DNA of 63,902 nucleotides, the filler included, from Welwitschia mirabilis (lineage: Eukaryota): NCBI GenBank assembly GCA_051453625.1. It is 4 parts of one record of this genome, joined end to end, with 100 filler letters (N's around TTAATTAATTAA, not from the genome) between each part and the next. Parts side by side here need not be neighbours in the genome. Positions count along the whole stretch, not along the records: positions 1 to 28,064 come from JBOZIK010000001.1; 3 more parts are not named here. One strand, given 5' to 3'. The number at the start of each line of letters is the position of its first letter. Within the stretch, counting starts at the first letter, position 1. The notes under the pieces are model-generated. The model did not search any database. It was not told where the DNA came from and saw only the letters and a program-made list of their open reading frames with translations. Positions 13,608-28,120 of this stretch are shown in pieces. A program made the translations under genes and the position numbers.

Positions 13608-15170
13608 TTCTTCTCTAGATGATTTTATGATTAATGATTCTTTTCCAGATGAATAACTTTTTGTCATATATTCTACTCATCATCCTCCTTGGTATGTTAA
13701 CATAGTTAATTATCCTATTATTATGAAAACATCATAACATTAGAGTCATAATCAGAGAAAATATTTTTTCTATAGAATAGGTGATTATGAATGGATAGAG
13801 TTACATCTTTACTATAGGTGCAAATATCAAATCATGAGAAAATATGTGTTTGAATGGAAAAAGGTATACATCCTTTATCTTTGCTATGGTGGTTTTTATA
13901 GAGGTTATCTTAGTGGATAGAAAATAGCAATGAAAATTTTTCACTTTGATTTTTATTGGCCTAATCTTTTTTAGGACTCTTTTGATTTTTCCAGAATGTG
14001 TAATGTTTGTCAANNNNNNNNNNNNNNNNNNNNNNNNNNNNNNNNNNNNNNNNNNNNNNNNNNNNNNNNNNNNNNNNNNNNNNNNNNNNNNNNNNNNNNN
14101 NNNNNNNNNNNNNATCTTTTTTAGGACTCTTTTAATTTTTCCAGAAGGTGTAATGTTTGTCAATGTTATGGTAGCCTTATTCATTTTCATGATATTCCTC
14201 TTAAACCTATTCTTGCATGTGAACGTTTTGTTTATTAATGAATTGATTTTATAGACCCTATTAAACCACATTCTAACGATAAGAATTACATTTTAGTTAT
14301 TTTTTTAATGTTAACAAATGGATTGAAGCTATTCATGCTTTTACAAATGATGCTTGAACTATTTATAATTTTATTAGAACTTATATTTTTTTACCATTTT
14401 GGTATTCATAAAATTATCATTAGTTTTCAAGGAACTCATGTTATTCATCATCTTTGTAGGATATTTCTTTTATTCATTAGAATTGTTCATAGAGTAAATT
14501 GTGCTTATCATACTCAAACCAATGGTCAAGCTAAAAATGCAAATAGAGAAAAAAAGAAAATTCTTCAAAACATGTCTCTGTTAAGAATAGATCTTGGGCT
14601 TCTAATATTAACAATGTTCTTTGGATTTATCACATTACTTAATGTAATTCTCATAGGTTTTTCACCTTATGAACTTGTGTATGAAAACGTTTATATTTTA
14701 TTAGTTGATGTGTGTTATAACTCTTATCATTCTTTCCATCAACTTAATCTTGTAGACCTTCATAAAAATCTTTAAAATATATTATTCCAACTTAATCATT
14801 TAGATAAGAAACATACTCATTTTATAAATCATTAACTTATTCACAAATCCTAAGCTAAGTTCAAATATGATAAAAAGTTACTCGATAAAAAGCTTTAACC
14901 TAGCCAATGTGTTCTTCTATATGATAGTAGAGTACATATTTTATTTAATAATTTCACCTCTAAATGATTAGATCCTTATCTTATAGAGAAAGTACAATCT
15001 AGTGGCTCTATTAAAATTTTTGACTTAGACACTAAGGATATTTAGAAAGTTAATAGACAAAGGTTAAAAATATATAAAAAACTTTTTAACATAATCTTAA
15101 ACATGATAAAAGTAATTGTTTTAGAGGTTTTCCTTGATTGGGAAAGCTTCCACCCTACCATTGTTTGAAT
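13608..15170 (+). mobile_element. Athila-type integrase remnant (second copy)
   Basis: 13608-14400 is closely similar to 10596-11240. Contains AYHTQTNGQAKNANRE, GFSPYELVY and KVNRQRLKIY. Confidence 0.85.
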
Positions 15171-15619
15171 TCTCTCTTAGCCTATTTCTTTTGTGGATGT
15201 TATGATGTCATTTGATCACCTCTAAAAGATGACTTATGTGTTTGATTTATAAAGTTTCCATGACTAGTATTCACACTTGGGCATTTTTATAGTGATAAGA
15301 TTGGATTCATTCAATCTTAAGACGTTCACATGTCTATAAACGTCACTTTGAAGGAGGATGCCTTAGTTATCATGATTTTTTTTAATGATGTGAGGTACTT
15401 AGTTATTTAGGTGTATTATTTTTTTCTTTTATTTTATTTATTTATCTTAATCTTTTTAAGTGTGTAATCATGTGAGAATTGTTTGTGAAAATTATATATA
15501 TATATATATANNNNNNNNNNNNNNNNNNNNNNNNNNNNNNNNNNNNNNNNNNNNNNNNNNNNNNNNNNNNNNNNNNNNNNNNNNNNNNNNNNNNNNNNNN
15601 NNNNNNNNNNATGTTTTAG

Positions 15620-16325
15620 TTTTTCTAGAATTATTTTTAGTGATCAAGAAACTTATTTTATATATCATCTTTTTAAGAGACTTCTTTTATCCATTAGAAT
15701 TAAACATAGAATAGCTTATTCTTATCATCCACAATTTAATGGTCAAGTAGAAAATGCAAATAGAGAAATAAAGAAAATGTTTCCAAACCTTATCTCTATT
15801 AATAATAAATCTTGGACTTAAGCTTAATGATGTTCTTTTGGCTTCCTGTACTACTTGGCATAATTCTCTTATTTTTTCACCTTATGAACTTGTGTATGAA
15901 AAAGTTTGTATTTTATTAGTTGATGTGTGTTAAAACTCTTATCATTCTTTTCATCAACGTAATCTTGTATACTTTTATAAAAATCTTAAAAATAGATTAT
16001 ACCAACTTAAGCACTTAGATGAAAAATGTACATGTGTCATTTATAAAAAGTTTAAACCTGGACAACTTGTTCTTTTATACAATAGTAGAGTGCATTTTTT
16101 ACATAACAAGTTTATCTCTAAATGATTAGGTCCTTATCTTATAGGAAAAGTATATTTCAATGGCTTTATTGAGATTTGCAACTTAAACACTAGGGAGATT
16201 TAGAAAGTTAATGGACAAAGGTTGAAAATATATGAAAAATATTTTAATGCAACCTTGAACATTATAGAAGTAACTTTCTTGAAGGTTCTCTTTGATGAGG
16301 AGGACTTTCTCCCTACCATTGTCTA
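15620..16325 (+). mobile_element. Athila-type integrase C-terminal remnant (third copy)
   Basis: SYHPQFNGQVENANRE, SPYELVY and KVNGQRLKIY. It parallels 14500-15170 with an internal deletion near 16035. Confidence 0.85.
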
Positions 16326-19300
16326 AATTCTCTCTTAGTCAATTCTTTTGGTGGATGTGATGATGTTACTTAATCATCTTTAACTTAACTTATGTATTTG
16401 CTTTATGAAGTTTATATGACTAGTATTCATACTTGGGTATTTTATAGTGATAATATTAGATTCATCCAATATTAAAACATTCACACGTTTATGAACTTTA
16501 TTTTGAAGTGAGATGTCTTAGTTATAGTTTTTTTTTTTTTATAATGGTATAAGACCTTTGATTATTTAGACATGTTCTTTTCTATCTTTTATCTCACTTC
16601 TTTACATTTGTTTTTTTAACTATGTGGTCATGTGCAAATTACCTAGGGAAAAAAAGAAATATAATAACAATCATGATCTATTATATCTATGCTAAAATAC
16701 ATGGTTACCATGATGTCCTATTACACCAGATTAATTTTTTCCAAAAGGAACCTTTGGTAGTGTTGGTAGTAGTGAAAACTCCACTGGGAGTTGATAAGCC
16801 ATGCTTAACAGGTCCTTACTTCTCTGACTATGGTTGCACTCCTCTCATCATGGAAAGTAGTAATAAGACTTTAAGAATATAGGATTAGTAACGTTCCTAG
16901 TATTTTTAGAGGTAGTCCTTATTTTTTAAACTCCTAGTGTTCCCATATGATCATTTCACTTTTAAGGGTTTAACTGTATTCTAAAGTATGAGCAAGTAAG
17001 TTAATTTATGAGCAACTTTTGATTTTATCATTTATTGTTTTAAGAACTTAATCTTTAGTATCATCATAATCACTATCTTTTCAAGTGAACTTTAAGGAGT
17101 CAATATGTCTTATCATGCATCTTTACTTAGGTATCTTTATGATGTCTTCTAAGAGGATTTGCTAGGTTAGAATTTAGGGTAAGTATGTTGTTTGGTTTTT
17201 ATTTTCTAAGTTGTCTATTTTCATTCTATTTTTCTTTCATTATTTGGTTTCTAATTTCAAAGTTACTTCCATACTTTCTTATTATCATTTTTAAGACCTT
17301 ATCATTCACTAGTTTTCTTGTTATTATTTTTATTTTTACTAGTGTTATTTTATCAACAAAAATTGGTTTTACTTTAGTATTTTAACTAAATGATATTCTC
17401 TTTTGATTATATGATACTCTCTATGATTTTTTATGAGGTTTCTTTGAGTCTTTTGGAGCTCTACATATTTTTATGATTATTTTTTAGTTTAGCCACATTT
17501 GTTTAGTTTTCGTTTTAGGATTCATCCTACTTAGTGCACTAGATCCTTATTCATCATGATTCTTCACCATTCCCTATCTTTCAATTTTTCTGATAAATTT
17601 AATACCTTCATACTGATATTTAAGCCTAACTTATTCAATTAATGTCTTTATTTTTTCTAAAATTTTTCAAAATTCAGTCATCCATTATGTCATCTAGTTA
17701 ATAAAATAGATGATAGATGAATTTTTTTTTTAATAGTCATCCTAAGGCTATCATCCAGACAACACCATTGTATGACATGATCATACACCATTTTTCTTCA
17801 TTCTTGCATTGTTTTCATTTGTTCTTTTGAGAGACGATCATTACACTAGGGTTCACTGATTTTTTGAATCTTTCGCTCATAATTTTAACATTCTAAATTA
17901 CATGATTTAAGTGAAATTATTAAAGTGAGGTATGTTTTTCTCTCCCTCATTATTTTTTATTTTTTTCTATATTTTTTATCCTTTTAGTGTATAGTTTTTA
18001 TGTATATTGATCCATTTTTTTTACTCTCTGATTTGGTACATATAGATCTAATTTTTGTTGAGTATTTTATAAGATACCTAAATTTTTACATTTTATAAGG
18101 TAAAATTAAATTGTATCTTTAAATCTCATTTTGTGGTCCTTATAGGTAAATTGATTAGTATGATGAGCTCTACATTCTACTAGATTAGATTTTTTATTTG
18201 AGCACTTTTATTTTTAACCTTCCATGGCACTTACTTATTTTTCACTTTTTATTTTTCTCATGTTTTGCACTTTTTATTTGCGCTTTATGGGATTATTTAG
18301 AACTTTTACTAGATACATTTTAGTGATTTTCACTTGATCTTACATGATGCGCTTTATGTTTACAACTGATTAGGCCATGTACATAATGAGGTAGATAAGC
18401 TGAGGTATAGGTTGAGGCATTAGAGTAGGAGGGGAGTTCCTTAGTACCATCTAAGATTGAATGTGTAAAGCTAGTTCATCCTTTACCTTGTTAGGCTTAA
18501 TTCCATTTCATTCAAACAACCTCTATCTAAGTTGAGAGATACTTTGATGATTTTATGACTTGGATTAAGCCAAAGGTTGATCATAGATTAATAGATCTTC
18601 TACTCAAGTGGATTTTGGATGCACATGAAGCTTATTATGCCTCAGAGACTATAGAGTTCTATAACATATGCACATTGAGAGATGATTTGACACTCATGAC
18701 TACTTAGTTGACATGATTATAGTTACTATCTACAACCATGAGATATGTATTCTCTTGAGTCACATTGCTACTATTACTAACTTAGGTGGCATCAGGAGTA
18801 CATACATTTACTCAGTTGATAGTATAGAGAAGCACCATGCTTATGGTATAGCATTAGATATTCTAGCTAACGTTACTAGTGATATGTGGGGTGGGGAGTT
18901 TTGGTGATACATCTATTACCTACCTATTAGATTCTTCATAAAGGGTTAATTCACAACATCAACCCATTATTACATGATAATCATGCCATGGTATCCCATC
19001 TTCAGATGCTAGCAGTGTTCAGATAGGAAGAGCAGATGGACTTATTGACTTTTATTTGGAGGAGATTTAAGACCATGATTAAGGCTTAATAGTTATGGAC
19101 CTTGGGATATCCATGATTCCTATCAACTATGTTCAAATTCTTTGGTATACCTAAGCCTGTGGATGAGTAGATATTCACATATCTATAGGTATCATCTTAC
19201 TATTTACAGGATATGGACATCCATATTTTAAGAGAAGTAAATAGATCTTAGGCACAAAGACTTATGATTAGGATTACCATTGAGCAAATATAGGTACTCT

Positions 19301-20489
19301 TGATAAACATAGCATAGGGCCTTAGAGAGTTTATGGACTAAGGCTTTACTGAGCTATAGTAGAGGATATGTACAATTGAGAGGAGAGTTTAGCACACTAA
19401 GTAGTAGCTGATAGATGTACATCATTATATATTATGCATTAAGCACGGTGTCATAGTTGACATCCTAGAGGTAGTCAGAGTATAGGTAGATGAGATTACA
19501 CACTCCATTATGATAACCCTTGACTATCATTTGCTTGTAGATCTTGAGCATCTTCCATATTCTTCAGTTGCATCTAAGCCTATTGCACATCAGGAATTTA
19601 TTTAGGCACAACAAAGGGAGTGATTTATTATGTTGTATTATGTAGCTTACCTCTATGAATTGTATTAAAAACTTATGATTTTATATAGACATCATTTTAT
19701 GAGTATTATTATTATGTTCATCTTTTATTTTTGAGATATTATTGCACAACATTTACATATTATTAAGACATTTTACTATGATGATTTTTTCTATTATAGA
19801 TGATTACTTTTCATGATGTGTTGTACATTTGAGTGGAGGGATATTAATATTATTATATTTTAATGTTTATATTTATGAAAAAAATTTATAGGCTTCTATT
19901 TTCCAAGAATATTTTTTGAGCTTGTTATCTCCTCCATCATCTAGATGATCACCAGGATGATAGTACAACCACTTACTCTGCATAGGTGAAACATTCAATT
20001 ATCTATTTTTGACATTTTTATGTTGCATTTTGATATTTATGATATTATTTTTGAGTTTACTTTATTGTTCCCTAGTTAATTTCTTATTAGTCAATTTGGC
20101 TTATAATCATGGTTGTTCGTCTAGTTTTGTTAGGAACTCATAAGGCTAAGTAGGAAATCATGTAATGCTATTAAATTAGATGTATATAATAGGATAGGAT
20201 ATTTTGAGTAGTTTTACAGGACATTAAACAGGTTTATGCTGAGTTTTAATGATAATGAAGAGCTNNNNNNNNNNNNNNNNNNNNNNNNNNNNNNNNNNNN
20301 NNNNNNNNNNNNNNNNNNNNNNNNNNNNNNNNNNNNNNNNNNNNNNNNNNNNNNNNNNNNNNNNTTTATGATATTATTTCTGAGTTTACTTTATTGTTCC
20401 CTAGTTAATTTCTTATTAGTCAATTTGGCTCATAATCATGGTTGTTTGTCTAGTTTTGCTAGGAACTCATAAAGATAAGTAGGAAATCA

Positions 20490-21735
20490 TGTAATGCTAT
20501 CAAATTAGATGTATATAATAGGATAGGATATTTTGAGTAGTTTTACAGGACATTAAACATGTTTATGCTGAGTTTTAATGATAATGAAGAGCTAAGGTAA
20601 ATATCATGAAAACATGTAATTTCAATTACATTTGGCAACATTTTAGGCAAATTATAATACTTCCTATCTAAAGTAGTAATCATGTAATAAAAGAGGCAGA
20701 TTTAATATAAGAAACATCTTTACAAAGTCCATCATATACCTTATTATCTGAATGCTGGTATAGATGATAGAAGAACTTATGCTGATTAGAACACTTACTA
20801 GACTAATTTGACAACTGATGATCTTGTATGATGTGGTATCATCTCCTATGATATTTGAATTACTAGAAGGACGACACCTAAATATAATGCTTTACTAAAC
20901 TTTAGCAAAGTTTTGCCATGTATTATGCACCTTCTTGCATGGTCATTAGGGCTTTACCACGTCTATTATTTTTTGTTGTTTTTAGAATCTTTGAGGGTAA
21001 TAAATACCTCCTTCATCCTCAACTCTAACTTTATCTTCTTTGACACTAAAAATTCTCATGATGGAAGATCAAAAGATAGGATATTCTCATGATAGGATAT
21101 TCATTATTTATTATTACAAAGAGATGTCTTCCTTGGTGTTGGGCTATGTATCCTTCATTGAGGTGCTTCTGGTTTATAACATGAATTTTAGTTTGAATTA
21201 ATTAAAACTCTATTTTTCTTTTTATATCTTTTGTTTTAAGAATATTCCTTATGGTTTAGCTTCATCCATGATAGAGATCATAAGGAAAACCTTTGTTAAT
21301 CTTGATATTATTAGGTTAGGTGCATTGCATTTCATTTTCTAGATTAACTTTACATTATTTTTATATTCTATTTGATGCATCTGATAGCTTAGATTAGTCT
21401 TGATCTGGTGATGGATTTCCTTAATTGATCTAGATTATACAATACTAATCTTCATGAAAAATTGATTTGGTGATCGAATAGATGTTGCATTTAGAATAGA
21501 TCCTCTCATTTACGTAGTGTATTCATTTGTATTCTTTACTTGGCATTGTTATTTTTTTCTACTTAGAAAGTACATAAGTAAAATCAACTCTCTTTCTTCT
21601 AGCTTGTGGATTTGACAGAATTACAACATTTGGATCCACTCTCATCTATATTAGTATATTATATTATGTAATATGTATTTTAGTGATTTTCAAGATTTTT
21701 TTGAGGATGTAACATTTGCAAAAAAATGCATCACA
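20490..21735 (+). mobile_element. Athila-type 3' LTR preceded by a polypurine tract
   Basis: A PPT-like AAGGCTAAGTAGGAAATCA is followed by TGTAATGC (at 20161 and, duplicated across a gap, at 20490). TAAATACCTCC at ~21000 and the block at ~21120 match the LTR at 11860-12010. The 3' end is approximate. Confidence 0.7.
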
Positions 21736-22559
21736 ACAATATAGCAATTACTCTAGAAAGTTTAATACTATAAAACAAATTTATTTTATTCCTAAAAGAT
21801 CATATTTTAAATATGAATGAAGTAATGGTAGAGATCATTTTCCTTAGTAATATTTTCTTAAGTATATGATTTTTTTTTACTTTTATTTTTAAATAATTAC
21901 TCCTTTATATTATTTCTAAGAACTCTCTTTATCATGTTTTACTACTTGAAATATTTTTTTGTAAGTGCTAATATGATCTAAAGAAAGATAGATATTGGAC
22001 TTAGACTTATATGATTGTTAAACTATAATAATCTGCCCTTTCTTGTTTATAATCTTTATGAGTGTGCTCTTATTACTCTTTTTCACTATCTTCATGGCTA
22101 ATTTCATGTATTAAATATAAATTTTTGAAATCATTTAACTGCTTTTATGCATGCAATTTGCATCTTAGATTAAAAAATATATTATGCTCTTAAATTTTGT
22201 TATAAATCATATTCCCTAGGTTTGAAAGATTACACATTTTGAACATCTTCGAATTTACTTTTCTAAGGATATATGTTATTTTTATTATGTTTTTATAGGA
22301 GATGCACATATTAAAGGGTAGCTATTTTTAAGCTTATGATTATGGTACTAAGACATGTAGTCATTTCTTGATTTTTTTCATATTGTGTATATTAATTGGT
22401 ATCATCATGTGTTCTTTAACAATTGATATTATGTTTTCTTCAACATTGGTATTAAATACTTATAGGAATTATTTATTATGATGTAAATTTTATTTTTTCT
22501 ATTATTGTTTGTACCTCTTCCATAATCATTAATGACAATTGAAAAACAAAATATTATGA

Positions 22560-23945
22560 TATTGAAGTTTTTAAGATGGTAAATGGCTTTACATACTATA
22601 TAACATATTATGCTCTATGAATGATTACATGAAATGGATGGGTTTAGAAGAAGCATAAACTTAGGAAGAGTATCAAAAAAATTTTAGTTATCATTAATGA
22701 CAAAGGCATATATTATTACATCTTTTAATTATTAATTGATGATAAACTAAATTTTAAATAACTTAACTCTAATGTTTATATTGTTCATGTAGGCCTTAAA
22801 GAATGTTTAGATGCCTTAGTACAAAAGAAGAAGAAGAGAAGAGGGGAAAATCACTTGGATGGTCAGTCATTTATTACTTGGAGGTTGACTACCTATTATA
22901 GCTATAAGTATATATTTCAATAGGGTTAATAGGCTACTATCAAGGGATCATTTACACATTGTAGCTAAAAATGGAATTTTCAATAGGGAGTTGATCACTT
23001 ATTATTGAGGGGTCAACTACCTAAAGACATTTTGCACTACTTAAAGAGTTTTGTAATACTTTATGATAAGGTTGATAAGATACATTAAGGGTTTAATTCC
23101 CTAAGAGGTCAAATAACTTCATCCTAGATTCAATTATCTAGAGCGTTTTCTAGGAATGTAACATGATGAGATCAACTAACATCTAGTAAAGATTGACTAT
23201 CCAATACAAAAATAAGAAACATAACATGAGAGGTTGACTAGAGTCTTGAGGGGTCAACTAGCAATATAACTATTAATAAAATAGTCATTGGAAAGCATAG
23301 TTAACCATTGAACAAAATCATTATAAGGCTAATTAATCATTTTGAAGATTCCAATAGGTACATACCTTGGAATTATGATTTATAATAGTTAGAATTCATC
23401 CTCTATATAATCCAAATATTTTTTTACTTACAAACATTAATGCACATACATATATACAAGGATTAAATCTCTAACTATTAGGCCTAATTATATAACAACA
23501 CATCTTCTATTTTGTTGCTATCATTCTCTCTTAATTCTATATTGTTCCTTATTATAATGGAAGCTACTTGAGCTATCTTGGAGGATGAGGACTACTATAA
23601 AATTTCATTGAAGGATGGAGGACAATAAAAAAGTTCTATTATAAGGTGAAGAATTACTGTGAAGTTTCATTAAAGTGTAGATGGAGGATAAATTAATAAT
23701 AAAGGAAAATAAGCTTATTGTCATTACATTTTGCTAATTTCTCTTTATTGTTTAATTAAATCTTATGAGATTCATTATTATATTAATTGTTGACTATATG
23801 AATTATCATCAAATTTAATTTGCCACTAGCTATTATTTAACTAGATGATAGATTACATTATGCAAACTTAGCATTAAACATTTAAAATACAAAAACTACC
23901 TTAGCTATGTTATTCCATCCTCCCCTCTAGGATAGCCTTTCCTAA
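22560..23945 (+). mobile_element. Old Sirevirus-like Ty1/copia LTR
   Basis: Repeated GGTCAACT/GGTTGACT motifs (decayed GGTCGACT) at 22860-23270, TATA-like CTCTATATAA at 23401, and terminal TATTCCATCCTCCCCTCTAGG resembling the Sirevirus LTR end CTATTCACCCCCCTCTAG. Confidence 0.55.
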
Positions 23946-25849
23946 TATATTTAACCCCACATAGTCTAATATCATTAGCTAATCTTATACTCTATAGCCA
24001 ATAACATTTAGTTTGTCTTTTAATGTTTATATTTATTAGTATGTTATTTATTTGATTTAAAGTAGTGTTTTATATGTATACATTTATCAAGTTTTGATTA
24101 GGGGAAGTAGGAGGTAATACCTTTTTTTGGTACCCCAATTTTATATCTTTTTATAATTTTCTTTTTGAGAAGCTAATAGAATAATGTTTTCTCCAAAAAT
24201 TTTAAAAAAAGTAAAAAACAAAACTACATCAAAAATAAATTTACTAATTTATTCATAAAACTAAGTAGTGGAATAAACCTTAAAAAACTATTTATACTTC
24301 CATGGTCTTTAGAAAGTGCATGAACTATATTATATGAAAATTCTAATTTAATCTGTATATATTTTTAAAAAGGAATAGAAGTATCCTTTATTTATACATA
24401 ATAAGAGTAAAATCCATGTAACAAAAAAAAAATTAGTTAGAACTAAGGTTGAGGTTAAGAAAACTAATTCAATTCAATCACATTACATCCCTATGATTGC
24501 AAGATTAAGATTTTGTTAATAAGAAATATTATTAAGTAAACCATTAATTTGATATCATTAAATCAAAATATTATGTATTTAATTAGTTGAACTTTGGTGT
24601 AAAAAATTGAATAAGATGGATTCTAAATGATAATGAAACCTGTCTACCTCATTAGTAATGCTAATAACATGTAAAACTTAATAGACATCTTTTGGAATCT
24701 AATTTTTTCACACTCAATAACTTATAACTCAATAAGTTATCATTAGAAACATAAAATTACCTAATCATCATAAATATGAAAATATAATTATAAATTAACA
24801 TGATTTAAAAAACATAATAGCAAAAATTAAATTAAATTCTTAATGTTGTAAAAGCTAACTCTTTTCACATCCCTTGACTAGTGTATTGCTAGGTCCTTAG
24901 CAATAAAGTGAGAAAGGAAAGTAAAATGTTACATTACATATTATCTTGGAAACTTGGATATTTAGTTTCATTTGATTATAACTTAACTGATGTTAGATTT
25001 TTGAGACGTTTATCTTGATAAATAAGTAACATTAATTATAATCATTGAATTCTATGGATTAAAAAATAAAAATTTTACTTTCTTACTGAAATAATTTTTT
25101 AGTCTTATTTGATTAACATTTGAGTTTTTTTAAAAAAGAAATGAAATTTTATGTAAGTTGTATTCTCTTGACACCAGTAAATAGAATTAAAGTAAAAATT
25201 TTAAAACTAATAAAAAACAAAAATAACTGATTAGAATAACCATATAACTAAAACCAAATTGTTTTATACATATTTTCTCAATGTTTAAAGGAAACAAAAT
25301 AAAGGAAAACATAAAGTCTAAAAAAGAAAGCATTCTTATTAAACTAACATGCAAAGTAAATTAAAAAGGATTACATCTAGAAACAAAAATAACAATGTAT
25401 CTTTAACTATGAAAACACACAGTATAATGTAAATATGTCACAAAAGAAAGAGAGAGTAAACAAGAGAAGAAGAGAAAGAGAAATGTGAGCTTTAAGAAAC
25501 ACTTCCCTCTACTTGGCTAATTTAGTAATAGTATAACTTCTTTTTAAATGCTTAAGAACTTTATTATATATCTTGGTTAATTTGAAAAACTTATTATAAA
25601 CTTTCTTTGCAAAATTCCTTATAGCTAGTGAAAGTTATTAATAATTTAGATTACTACAATGACTAAAAGAAATAGTAAAGCTAGATCATTGGTTGCTTAT
25701 TCTTGAGATCTTTCTTATTTAGAAATGTTACTATAGAGTAGTTAGGACATAAGATGATTCAATGTTTTATTCTTCTCATTTATATTCTTCTTATTCTTAT
25801 TCATGAGGAAACTAATTTCTAGTAGTCTATTTTAGAACTTGGACAATTT

Positions 25850-26160
25850 TCTTAGTAGTGATAGTCTCTATACTTTATCTTTTTCATTAGTCATTACCTT
25901 AGGATATACAATTTGAAAGTTGTAAAGGAAAATCCTTGATTAAATAGGATAAGAAAAATTTATGAGTATTTTCTAGTACATGTAACTTCAATCAACTTTA
26001 AAGATTGACATAAGAAACTATCATATGAGTAATAGGAAGAACATGTCTAATAATGAAATAAAGTAGAGCTAAGTCATTTTTATAAAGCCATTTAAAAAGT
26101 AAAGCAACTTTTTTATGCTATGGCATAATAAGACATGCATCATGATGCTACCCTTAAGAT
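25850..26160 (-). mobile_element. Possible very decayed Tat/Ogre-like RNase H fragment
   Basis: Minus strand LYKNDLALLYFIIRHV...IVSYVNLLK and FLYNFQIVYPK weakly resemble EKxCLALxxAxxKLRHY and LSEFDIxYxP. Confidence 0.3.
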
Positions 26161-27669
26161 TATAATTATAAATTTTAATAAGAGTGTTTAATCTCATCTT
26201 ATGTCACATAATATCTTTATCACATATGATGTTATCTTGATTATTTACTTAAAAGTAAATTTAGTTTAGTAAGTTAAGCCAACCTAGATAGTTGTCTTAC
26301 CACCTCATCTATGCATGTAGAATTCTCTCTGAGTTAATCTTATAGATGTATCATTCTATTCTTCAATTTAGTTTAGATATTTACTAATTAATAATTATTT
26401 TTTTCTTAAAGGCATTTTTTTATTTTGTATTTTTAATTCTTACTAATAAGTTTGTTTCCATTTTAGAATGTACTTGTTTAAAAATTAAAGCAAGTTTTGT
26501 TATTTAAGGTTAATTAAAAAAAAGTAAAATTTTAAGATCACCTATATTTTTACTCTTAGAGATTTTTACATTAACATTGGACCCTAGGCTTATGCATTAT
26601 CCTTTTGATCACTGTGTTACTTCTTGTCATCATTCTTCTCTTAGGTGTGTTGTACATGCTAATTATGTTTTTCTACTTTTCTTAGGATTTCTAGGTTAGC
26701 ACTATCATAGAGATCCAACTACACATACAAGCCCTCTGTGTCCATTAAATTACTAAAATACATCAATATATGTGAAATAGCACTTGATTAATGCTAGTAA
26801 AAATAGTTTAGACAAGATCATAAGGAAAACTAGTGGGTTTAGATAAAATGCTACAATAAAGACATGGGAGCACATTTTAATGGTAAATTAGTGCTCCCAT
26901 TACTTTATCATTGTGAGTTTTATTCTTAAAAAAATATCAATAAAAAATTTTAAAAACAAATAGTTTTATTCTTTATCAGTTACCTTCCTTATGTGCTAAT
27001 TTTTAAGGTAGTAATCTACACTTCCTATCATTCGAGTTACAACACATGATTGTAAAAAACCATTTGTTCTACCTATTTTTACTAGAGTTGCATCATATTA
27101 CAACAAAGGTTATGCATTTAATATCATTGATCCACCACCACTATGAAGTTCATTATCATTTTTTATAAAATTTGAAGTATAAACTGTGTACCTTGTGTAG
27201 CATTTTTAGCTATTTTAAACTTTTTTGGTTGTTTGATTTAAATTTTAATGATATTGAAAAATCTTTTTTTTCCTCTTAGGAAAATTTAGATCATGTATCT
27301 ACTAAATTTTGGGAAAAAAACATCATCTTAAATTATAGTGGAATATTTCATGATATCTATGAATTTAAAAAATGTAGAAGATTAATAGCTAAAGAGAAGC
27401 TATTTATGTGGTGATGTGGATAACTATAAGAATCAATAGAGTCAGTTACTTATAAATCATTATAGTACTACTTCAATTTCCTTCACAAGCATCATCTAAT
27501 TCAAAATTAAAAAACCTCAATGATTCAATGTGATGTAAATGAGGTTCTTCTTTTAACCTTAAAACTTTTAGGTTTTAACTTATATTCTTTATTTCTTAAA
27601 ATTTTTAAATTTTTCATGTGTGCATACATATTATTTTTGGGCCTTTCTTTTAACATTTTTATTTGCTAT

Positions 27670-27671
<2 letters not shown>

Positions 27672-27728
<57 letters not shown>
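27672..27728 (+). repeat. (AC)n microsatellite
   Basis: Perfect AC repeat running into an N gap. Confidence 0.98.
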
Positions 27729-28008
27729 NNNNNNNNNNNNNNNNNNNNNNNNNNNNNNNNNNNNNNNNNNNNNNNNNNNNNNNNNNNNNNNNNNNNNNNN
27801 NNNNNNNNNNNNNNNNNNNNNNNNNNNNCATCATCTAATTCAAAATTAAAAAATCTCAATGATTCAATGTGATGTAAATGAGGTTCTTCTTTTAACCTTA
27901 AAACTTTTAGGTTTTAACTTATATTATTTATTTCTTAAAATTTTTAAATTTTTCACATGTGCATACATATTATTTTTGGGCCTTTCTTTTAACATTTTTA
28001 TTTGTTAT

Positions 28009-28010
<2 letters not shown>

Positions 28011-28064
<54 letters not shown>
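28011..28064 (+). repeat. (AC)n microsatellite, duplicate of 27672-27728 with the same flank
   Basis: Perfect AC repeat; the flank 27829-28010 is near-identical to 27490-27671. Confidence 0.98.
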
Positions 28065-28108
28065 NNNNNNNNNNNNNNNNNNNNNNNNNNNNNNNNNNNN
28101 NNNNNNNN

Positions 28109-28120
28109 TTAATTAATTAA
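28109..28120. other. Artificial scaffold-joining linker
   Basis: TTAATTAATTAA (stop codons in all six frames) with 44 N on each side, 100 bp in total. Confidence 0.95.

Noticed and set aside
27520-28116. His-Thr and Cys-Val repeat proteins
   Set aside because: Translations of the (AC)n microsatellite.
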